Shown in pieces: positions 14,675 to 23,112 of a stretch of DNA of 34,184 nt. Position numbers and translations under genes: made by a program. How positions within the stretch are numbered: the stretch's first letter is position 1; each line of letters opens with the position of its first letter. Source of the stretch: a virus (Duplodnaviria; Caudoviricetes); the IMG/VR virus record IMGVR_UViG_3300037963_000465, positions 1 to 34,184 of that record; one strand, given 5' to 3'. The notes under the pieces were generated by a model. The model was given only the letters and a program-made list of their open reading frames with translations. It searched no databases and was not told the DNA's origin.

Positions 14675-16548
14675 TGAAAATTACACCTTACCAACAGTAC
14701 ATACATAAAAGTAGATACGCACGTTATCTGCCTGACTTAAAAAGACGAGAGACTTGGGGAGAAACAGTTAATCGTTATTTAAATTTTTGGGTTGAGCGTG
14801 GAGTTAAATTTACTGACGTAGAAAAAGTAACTTTATTTGATACTATTTTTTCTATGGAAGTTATGCCTAGCATGAGAGCTTTAATGACAGCAGGTGAAGC
14901 ATTAGACCGTGATAACGTAGCTGGTTTTAACTGTAGTTATATTACTATAGATAGTCCTAGAGCTTTTGACGAAATGATGTATATACTTATGTGTGGTACA
15001 GGTGTAGGTTTCAGTGTTGAACGCCAATATATTTCTAATTTACCAACCGTAGCAGAGGATTTCCATGAGACTGAAACCGTTATTCACATCGCAGATAGTA
15101 AAATTGGATGGGCGAAATCGTATAGGGAACTGGTATCGCTTTTGTATTCAGGCCAATTACCACGATGGGACGCTAGTAGAATTAGACCTTCGGGTTCCCC
15201 ACTTAAAACTTTCGGAGGTAGAGCAAGTGGCCCAGAGCCTCTTATTGACCTCTTCAACTTCACAGTTAACATCTTTAAAGGAGCGTCTGGAAGAAAACTT
15301 ACATCCCTTGAATGCCACGATCTTTGCTGTAAAATTGCACAGATAGTTGTAGTAGGTGGTGTACGTAGATCAGCTTTAATATCTTTAAGTAATCTTACGG
15401 ACGATAGAATACGTAGAGCCAAGCATGGTCAATGGTGGGTTGATGAACCTCAACGTGCTTTGTCTAACAACTCAGCATGTTATACTGAGAAACCAGACTT
15501 TGAAGCTTTCTTAAATGAATGGAGTAGTTTATATGAATCAAGATCAGGAGAACGTGGAATCTTTAGTCGTGTCGCAAGTCAAAAACAAGCTGCAAGAAAT
15601 GGCAGAAGAGATAGCGAATACGATTTTGGAACCAACCCTTGCAGCGAAATTATACTTAGACCAAACCAATTTTGCAACCTGTCAGAAGTGGTTGTCAGAC
15701 CAGACGATACAGTTGAAGATCTTAAACGGAAAGTACGAAATGCAACTATCCTTGGAACTCTCCAAGCTACCCTCACAGACTTCAGATACCTTAGAAGAAT
15801 CTGGGAGAAGAACACATCTGAGGAAGCACTTTTAGGTGTATCGTTAACAGGTATATTAGATAACCCTTTAATGACTTTAAAAAATAAAAACTTACCTACG
15901 GTGTTAGAATGGCTACGTAATGAAGCTATCAAGACTAACAAAGAATGGGCAGATAAATTAAATATTAATCAATCAACTGCTATTACTTGTGTTAAACCTA
16001 GTGGTACAGTATCACAGTTAGTAGATAGTGCTAGTGGAATACACGGAAGATATGCCCCGCATTATATTAGAAGAGTACGTGCCGATTCTCGTGATCCCCT
16101 TTGTACGGTGCTTGAAAATGCTGGTGTGCCATCTGAAATAGATGTTACCTCCCCCACTACTAAAGTCTTTAGCTTTCCACAACAGGCTCCTAAGAAGGCT
16201 GTGTTCGCTTCTGAGCAAACTGGAATGGAACAGTTAGAACTATGGAAAATTTATCAGGAGTATTGGTGTGAACATAAACCTAGTATTACAGTTTATTATC
16301 GGGATGATGAGTACCTTGCTATTGGCGATTGGATTTATAATAATTTTGATTCTGTATCTGGTATTTCATTTCTTCCCTATAGTGATCATACATATGAGCA
16401 AGCTCCGTATGAACAGATTACAAAAGAAGAATATGATAAACAGATAAAAGATTTCCCAACAAAATTTAATTGGGACATTGAAGAAGATACGGATGCAACA
16501 GAAGGTTCACAGACATTAGCCTGTGTAGGGACTTCATGTGAAATATAA
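14674..16548 (+). CDS. nrdJ: Class II adenosylcobalamin-dependent ribonucleotide reductase (monomeric RTPR type)
   Basis: FNCS, MCGTGVG, GGVRRSA, TNPCSEI, CNLSE, TCVKPSGTVS, C-terminal CVGTSCEI; no beta subunit gene. Confidence 0.95.
   Translation: MKITPYQQYIHKSRYARYLPDLKRRETWGETVNRYLNFWVERGVKFTDVEKVTLFDTIFSMEVMPSMRALMTAGEALDRDNVAGFNCSYITIDSPRAFDEMMYILMCGTGVGFSVERQYISNLPTVAEDFHETETVIHIADSKIGWAKSYRELVSLLYSGQLPRWDASRIRPSGSPLKTFGGRASGPEPLIDLFNFTVNIFKGASGRKLTSLECHDLCCKIAQIVVVGGVRRSALISLSNLTDDRIRRAKHGQWWVDEPQRALSNNSACYTEKPDFEAFLNEWSSLYESRSGERGIFSRVASQKQAARNGRRDSEYDFGTNPCSEIILRPNQFCNLSEVVVRPDDTVEDLKRKVRNATILGTLQATLTDFRYLRRIWEKNTSEEALLGVSLTGILDNPLMTLKNKNLPTVLEWLRNEAIKTNKEWADKLNINQSTAITCVKPSGTVSQLVDSASGIHGRYAPHYIRRVRADSRDPLCTVLENAGVPSEIDVTSPTTKVFSFPQQAPKKAVFASEQTGMEQLELWKIYQEYWCEHKPSITVYYRDDEYLAIGDWIYNNFDSVSGISFLPYSDHTYEQAPYEQITKEEYDKQIKDFPTKFNWDIEEDTDATEGSQTLACVGTSCEI
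15065..15346 (+). CDS. Putative overprinted gene, +1 frame inside nrdJ (93 aa)
   Basis: GAGGA 5 nt before ATG; local codon shift. Confidence 0.5.
   Translation: MRLKPLFTSQIVKLDGRNRIGNWYRFCIQANYHDGTLVELDLRVPHLKLSEVEQVAQSLLLTSSTSQLTSLKERLEENLHPLNATIFAVKLHR
15533..15835 (+). CDS. Putative overprinted gene, +1 frame inside nrdJ (100 aa)
   Basis: GGAG 8 nt before ATG; all 8 nrdJ Leu codons inside are CTN and the next seven are TTA. Confidence 0.55.
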   Translation: MNQDQENVESLVVSQVKNKLQEMAEEIANTILEPTLAAKLYLDQTNFATCQKWLSDQTIQLKILNGKYEMQLSLELSKLPSQTSDTLEESGRRTHLRKHF

Positions 16549-16777
16549 TGAAGGAACTGTTATAGGTTTTAGAATCTTAATAGATAAAGAAGGTAACTTA
16601 GTTTCTGAAAAAACTGAGTTACCTGACAAAGATATTTCTAAAGTATTTAGAACCAAAGGTGATCAATATATAATACGAACAGCCATAAGAAAAATGAAAC
16701 AACACATTGATAAGATGCATAGTGAAATTGAATCAGAAATTGCTGCGACCAACACGCCCAATATTTTAAAATATTAA
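16538..16777 (+). CDS. Hypothetical protein, last gene of the + arm (GTG start)
   Basis: Overlaps the nrdJ stop, 79 aa. Confidence 0.7.
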   Translation: MKYNEGTVIGFRILIDKEGNLVSEKTELPDKDISKVFRTKGDQYIIRTAIRKMKQHIDKMHSEIESEIAATNTPNILKY

Positions 16778-16879
16778 GGCTCCAGCTACAAAAGCTACGC
16801 AACTAGCAAGCATTGCGACTTTGTAATCATCCCAAAAGAAAATGATTTCTCTTTTAATTTTAGCTTTATCTATCTCCAT
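16766..16879 (-). CDS. 37-aa C-terminal TM peptide, last gene of the - arm (not in track)
   Basis: AGGAG SD; MEIDKAKIKREIIFFWDDYKVAMLASCVAFVAGALIF. Confidence 0.65.
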   Translation of the reverse strand: MEIDKAKIKREIIFFWDDYKVAMLASCVAFVAGALIF

Positions 16880-17137
16880 TTAAACTTCTCCTATACATTT
16901 TATTTCAAGTACCCATGATCGGGGGATAACTATTTCGGCATCCCCCTCTGTTATTTCTTTCTCTTCTCCTAAAATAAAATGAGGACATATAATTATATAG
17001 TCCTCAGTATCTTCTAAGATTGTACCGCATGATATAACTATAGCAACTTTAAGGCTTTTAAGATCTTTTAATTCTCTCCAGCCCATGTTAGATCCACCAG
17101 TAGCATCTTGCCACTTAACTAAGTAGATGTCATGCAT
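16880..17137 (-). CDS. Small conserved-type phage protein
   Basis: VKWQDA...GW...SCG.IL...IPRSWV pattern familiar from phage hypotheticals. Confidence 0.75.
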   Translation of the reverse strand: MHDIYLVKWQDATGGSNMGWRELKDLKSLKVAIVISCGTILEDTEDYIIICPHFILGEEKEITEGDAEIVIPRSWVLEIKCIGEV

Positions 17138-19889
17138 ATTGCTTAATGCCTCTTGCTGTTAGCTTACCGCCTTTTCTAAAAGGAACACCTGCTTTTGTCA
17201 TAAAATCTTCATGTGTTCTATCTTTAAAGACTGCATTTTTTCTTTTAGCTAAGACTAATGGCCCTATTTGATATACTTTTTCTGCTGAAACAATTGGCTT
17301 CATTGTTTCTTTATCATAAAAGAAAGAATGCCTGTATGGATTCATTCCAACTTGAATCCAATCATCACTGTTAATTAATTCTTCTGCTATTTTTCTAACG
17401 TCTTTAGGATTCATGTTTTCCCATTCACCGAACATTCTTGCTATGGTTGATTTAGTTCTATCACCTTTGGCAATCGCTAAAGCTATGTTTTTATCACTTA
17501 TAAATTTAACATTATTTAAAACTGCTGTTTGTCCATAACCAATAGAACTTCCTTTCTTTCCTAAACCATCGTGTAAAGATACAATCCAAATCCCATAATT
17601 TTCATAAGCAGGAATATCTAAACGTGCAGCAATATTTGCACCGTCTTCTATCTCTAAATTTTTTCCTAATATACCAGTTTTTCTTTGATTTGATTTTAAA
17701 CTTGCAGCCATTTCAAATTCACTAGGTTCTGGAGGAACTTCTTTTATTCGTTCAACTGGTAAATATAGTTTAACTTTTTCATCATATTGAAATGGTGTAA
17801 GTTGTTTATCCGCATATGCTTTAACTACATCTTTCATTTCTTCTGATTGTGGTTTTTTATATCCAACAGCTTGGGCTTTAAATTCTGTTTCAATTTTAGG
17901 TGTGAATTCAATTTCAGTTCCATCTAAATTTTTATATGTTGTTTGCTCCGTATCTATTTTATTATTTTTAAAAACATTAGAAATAATTTCACCGCCTTTT
18001 GTTTTAAAAGGTTCATAGTCTTTTAGAAATTCTTTAGCTGCTTTTGTAACTAGTCTACCTGCACCATACATTCCCCTTGCTTTTAACTTACCTCCTTTCC
18101 GTTTAAAAGCTCTAGGATCTTCTGGATCATATGACCCACCATACATGTTTTTAAATTGTTGAGGTTTGAAAAAGATATAAGACCAATGCCTGTCTTTATT
18201 AACAAACTTATTATCTATAATATATTTTTCATCTTCTTCAGGTTTAAATTTCTTTTTAATTTCTTTTAAATTTATTAAATGATCGGTGTCTGTATCTAAA
18301 CTAGATTCAACATCATTTACATACTTAACTCCATCAAAACCAAAAGAGCTTATCCATTTTTGAAAGTCGTGGTTTAATTGATAAACTCCAAATCTATAAA
18401 TCATTCTAGGTATAATTTGTAATCTAGGTTTTTCATCAGGATAAGACATCATATCGCCATCTTTTGGTTGTTTTGTTAGACGATCATTTTTTAACTTAAC
18501 AAGTTCATGTGCTTGTATTTTTAATTCAAGTAATTTATCTCGTTGTTGTTCTGTAATTTCATATGATTTACCTAGCGTTCTTTTTATATTACGTAAGAAT
18601 AGTTTTAAATCTCTACTGCTAGGATAATTATTTTCTGCTGCTGTTTCATAATCATCAGATAATAAAATTTTATTAGCTTCCCAAGACGTAGGTTCGCTAT
18701 ATGGAAAAATAAGAGGTTTTCTAATAATTCCATAGCCCTTCATAATTGTAAATGGTTTTACAGTTGCGTCAGGTTTTCTAAGAAACGCATACATATTATT
18801 ATAATAGTTTACTTCATCTTTAGATATTGGTTTATGGTTTCTACCATCTACAGTTACTCTGTCTAAATCAAAAATAGTTCTATCAATTTTTTCTTTTTCT
18901 CTAAATCTAAAAGGCTCGTTAGGTATATCGTCAGATAACTCAGTTAATATTGGTTGACCATAATCATCTATTGGATAACCATCTGGGTGTAAAGTTTTTT
19001 CATTTCTAAAATCAGGGAGTCTTGTTTCAACATAGTCTATATGTTTATTTAATTCTTCAATATGTTTTTGTGATATTAAGCTCCACGCTTGTCCTAAAGT
19101 TCCAGCATGGGTTCCAGTTTCAGAGGCTAATCCAAATTTAGTATCCCAATCAAGGTCTGTAGCTGTAGAATAACTACGATATATCGGAACTGTTACATCA
19201 GATTGACGTTTAAGATCATCAAATGTATCTATAAACTTTCCTCCCAACTCTTCAGTTTGTTCTTCCATTGCGTTACTAGGAAACTGTTGACTAAATTTTT
19301 CTGTAAACGGATCTTTACTTATAGCTGTTCTTAATAACTGTAATGTATTTTGTTTACCAGCACTAGAAAGTTTTTTATATCCTGTATCTCTTTCTAATTG
19401 AAATTTTATAAACTTACTTATATCATCATTTAAATCTACTTCAGGTAAGTTATCAATTATTTCAAACTCTTGAAAAATATCTGAATGATCTTTATATAAA
19501 ACATTTTGTTGTATCGTTGTATCTAATGCAAAACTTCTATCATGTTCGTTTTTTAATTCTGTAAAGTATCTTGCCCTGTTTAAAAGTTGTTGTCCCTCTT
19601 CTTTTGAAAGTTTAGAAATATCTCCACCTACTTTTTCTAAAGCTGTTTTTCCTATTTCTTTATGTAAAACTTCTGAAGTATATTCATAAAGACCTTCTCG
19701 TTTTTTGTCTTGTGCTTTTTGAGACATTTGATTAATACCCATACTGTCAGCATAAGCTTCTACTTCATCTATTGTTTTAATAGCCATATCATTTACAATA
19801 TTTTTTTCTAATAAACCATTAGAATGCTGTTCAATTTTATCTGTTAGATAATCTTGAAAATGTTTTCTTAATACTCTAGTCAATGCCAT
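17130..19889 (-). CDS. Large multidomain virion/ejection-associated protein with ART-PolyVal-like domain
   Basis: IYRS...GTHAGT...KPLI...GFDGVKYVNDVE...YIFFKPQQFKN...GSYDP; follows the internal-virion genes. Confidence 0.65.
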   Translation of the reverse strand: MALTRVLRKHFQDYLTDKIEQHSNGLLEKNIVNDMAIKTIDEVEAYADSMGINQMSQKAQDKKREGLYEYTSEVLHKEIGKTALEKVGGDISKLSKEEGQQLLNRARYFTELKNEHDRSFALDTTIQQNVLYKDHSDIFQEFEIIDNLPEVDLNDDISKFIKFQLERDTGYKKLSSAGKQNTLQLLRTAISKDPFTEKFSQQFPSNAMEEQTEELGGKFIDTFDDLKRQSDVTVPIYRSYSTATDLDWDTKFGLASETGTHAGTLGQAWSLISQKHIEELNKHIDYVETRLPDFRNEKTLHPDGYPIDDYGQPILTELSDDIPNEPFRFREKEKIDRTIFDLDRVTVDGRNHKPISKDEVNYYNNMYAFLRKPDATVKPFTIMKGYGIIRKPLIFPYSEPTSWEANKILLSDDYETAAENNYPSSRDLKLFLRNIKRTLGKSYEITEQQRDKLLELKIQAHELVKLKNDRLTKQPKDGDMMSYPDEKPRLQIIPRMIYRFGVYQLNHDFQKWISSFGFDGVKYVNDVESSLDTDTDHLINLKEIKKKFKPEEDEKYIIDNKFVNKDRHWSYIFFKPQQFKNMYGGSYDPEDPRAFKRKGGKLKARGMYGAGRLVTKAAKEFLKDYEPFKTKGGEIISNVFKNNKIDTEQTTYKNLDGTEIEFTPKIETEFKAQAVGYKKPQSEEMKDVVKAYADKQLTPFQYDEKVKLYLPVERIKEVPPEPSEFEMAASLKSNQRKTGILGKNLEIEDGANIAARLDIPAYENYGIWIVSLHDGLGKKGSSIGYGQTAVLNNVKFISDKNIALAIAKGDRTKSTIARMFGEWENMNPKDVRKIAEELINSDDWIQVGMNPYRHSFFYDKETMKPIVSAEKVYQIGPLVLAKRKNAVFKDRTHEDFMTKAGVPFRKGGKLTARGIKQYA

Positions 19890-19892
19890 TTA

Positions 19893-22800
19893 TTATTTTC
19901 CTAATTCGCCTAAAATATCTTTAGAAGACGCAAGCTCTTTCAAACTTAAACCAGCTTCCCTATCTATAGAATATAATAATTTTCTATATTCTTTCATGTT
20001 GTCTTTACCTACAAGTGTATTTCCTAATCCATATAAAGGAACTTTTGTACCTACAACAGTAGTTGGCCCACGACCTAGTGTTACAATATCACCTGCTACT
20101 GGCCCTAGAAAAGCAGCAGGAATACTCCAATAGTTATTTGAATATTCAGCAGCATTAGCAGTTCTTTTTCCAGTATCATATGCATGACTTAATCCACCCC
20201 ATCTTGCAGCAGCATCAACACCTATTTCAAATGGATCTTTTTCATTCCAACCTTCTCCACGATCACGAACATAATTTAAATAACCAGCAGTATAAGTCAT
20301 AATCATTGCTGTAGGAATTAATTTATAAGCTGCAACACTTTTATCTCTTATTAATTGTTTAGCTGCACCTTTTAAAATAGTATTTGAAAATGCTGTTGGG
20401 TATCCCATTAACTGACCTATTAATGGATTTTGAGTATCACCACCCAATCCACTTGTAAATGCTCTAGGTTTTAAACCTGATTCTCTACCAACATCTAATA
20501 TAATATTACGTGCATATCTTGATGCTCCATTTAATATATTTCTAACATACCAATCTGTTTTAACACTGGCTCCTCTTTTTTTCCATTGTAAAGCTTCATC
20601 AACATTTATTCCTAAATCAGCTAATTTATCTCTTGCGACTCTTGCTTTAGTGGATAATGTTTTACCTTCAAACTTAGCCAGTAAATCTATATTATCCATA
20701 ATCATTCTTTTACCAGTAATAAAAGAAGTTGTTTGTACAAACTTTGTCCATTGATCTAATAAATTATATCTAAAAAATTTATTACTAACATTTTGCATTG
20801 TTTCATTACGTAAAGTTTCGCCAGCTAATCTATCAGCTACACTGACAGCACTCTGCTCCATAGCAATACCAAAACGCTGCATTTCTTCCCACGCTTCTTC
20901 CGCAGTTAAACCAAACCTATCTTGAAGTTGTTTATGTTGATTACCTGTAACTCTTTTAAAACTTAAATTACTTGCATCTTTAAAACCTTTTAAAGAAGTA
21001 GTTAAACCAGCTTGTCCCATGTTTAAAAATATTTCAGTAAAACTTGTTACAGTTGCTAAACCTAAATAAGCTAGACGATTAGCTAAACCATAAGCATCTC
21101 TAGCTTTTCCTGATGGATTTAAACCTTCACCTGTTATACCGTTATATAAATCTAACATTCTTTCTCTTTCAGTTCTTGATAGTTGAATCCCTTCTTTTGC
21201 AAGGTCATCTCTAATTCCATTTATCCATTTAGTTTCAAATTCTTTACTATCTTTTACACCTAAGATTCTTTTTTTAGCTAATATATTAGAAGCACTTTGA
21301 ATGTATCTTAAAAAACTTTGTTGAACATCTTTATTTAAAAACTCTTGATACTTAGCATCATACTCTAGTTGATTAAATTTTCTTTTATTTAAGAAGAAAC
21401 CACCACCACCAACACCACCACCAGCTAATTGATTTTGAGTGTCTAACATTTCATCTATTAATTGATAAGCTTTTACTTGATTTTTAGCTTGGCCGTCTGC
21501 TATTAAAAGATCTGCTAATCCTTTTTTATTTTTTTCTATAGCAGTACGGTTCCATTCTCTAGGAACATAATCATTTAATTTTTGAAAATTAGGATTAGCA
21601 TCTTTTAATAAATCTCCTATATTACTATATAGTTGTTTTAATCTAATGGCAGTTAAGTTAACTGTTTTTGAATGTGTTTTACCTGCACTATATACTCCAC
21701 GCATTGCCGCCATTAAATCATCATTAACTTCATCATCTATTTTTCTAGTAACTTCATACATGTTTTTTAAACCAGAAGTTTTTGTTACTGAAATATCATT
21801 TACGATAGATAAAAATCTCATTTTTAAACCACCGTATATATTATGTTGAGCTTCACTTAAATCTTCAACAACTCTTTTCTGTCCCGGTTTATAACCAATT
21901 TGATATTCTTTTGTAATTCTTTCTGCTAATACTTTAGCTGTAGGAGAAACATCTTCGTAAGGAGTTAAGAAAGCAGTAGCCTTACCCATAAAACCTTTAG
22001 ATGAAAAAGTTGTAACAGGTTTTAACAATGCACGTTTTATATCATTTCTTTTTACTTGTCCAACTTCTTGTTGTGCAGCAGCTAATAAATCACTAGCAAC
22101 TTGGTCTTGTGTGGCTTGACCTCCACCTATTTCACGAATAAATTTTTGAAAAGCTGCTGAGTCTTTTATTTGATTTTCTGTTATGTCTTTAATATCTAAA
22201 AGATCTTCGATACCTTTTAAAGTTGCAACATTTGTATTTGTACTTTCTAATAATACATCATCACCTGAAGCTACAACTGTTGAAAGCTCACCATAAAAAT
22301 CATCTTGATCTTGAGTCATGTCTTCTAATAATCTTGATTTATCTAAATCAGATTTATCAGCAAATAATTTATTCCACGCTGATGAAATTCCTTTACCAAT
22401 AGCAGGTAACACAATTGCACCACCAACCCCTAATCCTGCACCTAATGAAGCAGCTAATGCAACATCTGTATAATCTTTTTCAGTTCTAGCATTTGTTGTT
22501 ATCTCAACATTTTGTTCTAGTTCTTCAGTAAGTCCCTCTAAACCACCACCATAAATAGCTCCAGTAGTTTTAGGACTAGCTGCAAAACGTGCAGTTATTT
22601 TTTTAACTGGAGTAGCAACTACATCCTTACCTTTTTTTACAGTATTCCATGCTCTTGCTGTTGCACCTAACCCACTTACCGCAGCAGAAGAAGTTCCTCC
22701 TGTTGGTACAAAACTTATTGCAGTTAATAAACCTTCAGGGCTTGCAAGAATATCTGTCCCATAATCTTTTAGTGCTTTTTTCCATTCGGAACCACCTTTA

Positions 22801-23111
22801 ACTTTAGCACGTTCCCATTCGCTTTTTAAAAAATTATAATCTCGTTTTACATCTTCGGGTGCATTTTCTAATTGTAAATCATCACTTAACAGTGTACTTA
22901 TACGTATTGTTCTATCACGCATAAACTCTGATATATCATCGTTGCCGCCCCAAGCACCAAAGTTCCACCAGCTTTCTTTATTTTTTTCAAAATGATTTAC
23001 TACATTTTCGTGAGCCTTAATAACTTTAGGATCAGAATCAAAATCTTTTATCGTAAAATCTTTTTTATACTCTCTATATTCTTCTTCTACGTTATCAAAA
23101 AAATCACTCAT
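19893..23111 (-). CDS. Internal virion (ejection) protein, gp16-like
   Basis: 1072 aa with Gly/Ala-rich hydrophobic segments and DYVPREW; position in the module. Confidence 0.65.
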   Translation of the reverse strand: MSDFFDNVEEEYREYKKDFTIKDFDSDPKVIKAHENVVNHFEKNKESWWNFGAWGGNDDISEFMRDRTIRISTLLSDDLQLENAPEDVKRDYNFLKSEWERAKVKGGSEWKKALKDYGTDILASPEGLLTAISFVPTGGTSSAAVSGLGATARAWNTVKKGKDVVATPVKKITARFAASPKTTGAIYGGGLEGLTEELEQNVEITTNARTEKDYTDVALAASLGAGLGVGGAIVLPAIGKGISSAWNKLFADKSDLDKSRLLEDMTQDQDDFYGELSTVVASGDDVLLESTNTNVATLKGIEDLLDIKDITENQIKDSAAFQKFIREIGGGQATQDQVASDLLAAAQQEVGQVKRNDIKRALLKPVTTFSSKGFMGKATAFLTPYEDVSPTAKVLAERITKEYQIGYKPGQKRVVEDLSEAQHNIYGGLKMRFLSIVNDISVTKTSGLKNMYEVTRKIDDEVNDDLMAAMRGVYSAGKTHSKTVNLTAIRLKQLYSNIGDLLKDANPNFQKLNDYVPREWNRTAIEKNKKGLADLLIADGQAKNQVKAYQLIDEMLDTQNQLAGGGVGGGGFFLNKRKFNQLEYDAKYQEFLNKDVQQSFLRYIQSASNILAKKRILGVKDSKEFETKWINGIRDDLAKEGIQLSRTERERMLDLYNGITGEGLNPSGKARDAYGLANRLAYLGLATVTSFTEIFLNMGQAGLTTSLKGFKDASNLSFKRVTGNQHKQLQDRFGLTAEEAWEEMQRFGIAMEQSAVSVADRLAGETLRNETMQNVSNKFFRYNLLDQWTKFVQTTSFITGKRMIMDNIDLLAKFEGKTLSTKARVARDKLADLGINVDEALQWKKRGASVKTDWYVRNILNGASRYARNIILDVGRESGLKPRAFTSGLGGDTQNPLIGQLMGYPTAFSNTILKGAAKQLIRDKSVAAYKLIPTAMIMTYTAGYLNYVRDRGEGWNEKDPFEIGVDAAARWGGLSHAYDTGKRTANAAEYSNNYWSIPAAFLGPVAGDIVTLGRGPTTVVGTKVPLYGLGNTLVGKDNMKEYRKLLYSIDREAGLSLKELASSKDILGELGK

Positions 23112-23112
23112 T

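Noticed and set aside
11988-16218. Minus-strand ORFs opposite polA, exonuclease and nrdJ
   Set aside because: Antisense shadows without RBS or recognisable motifs.
14674-16548. Intein or intron in nrdJ (polA and helicase also checked)
   Set aside because: Frames are continuous, lengths are normal and no splicing motifs were seen.
17130-23111. Virion RNA polymerase that could read the hairpins
   Set aside because: No single-subunit RNAP motifs or DxDGD seen in the large proteins; one could lie outside the window.
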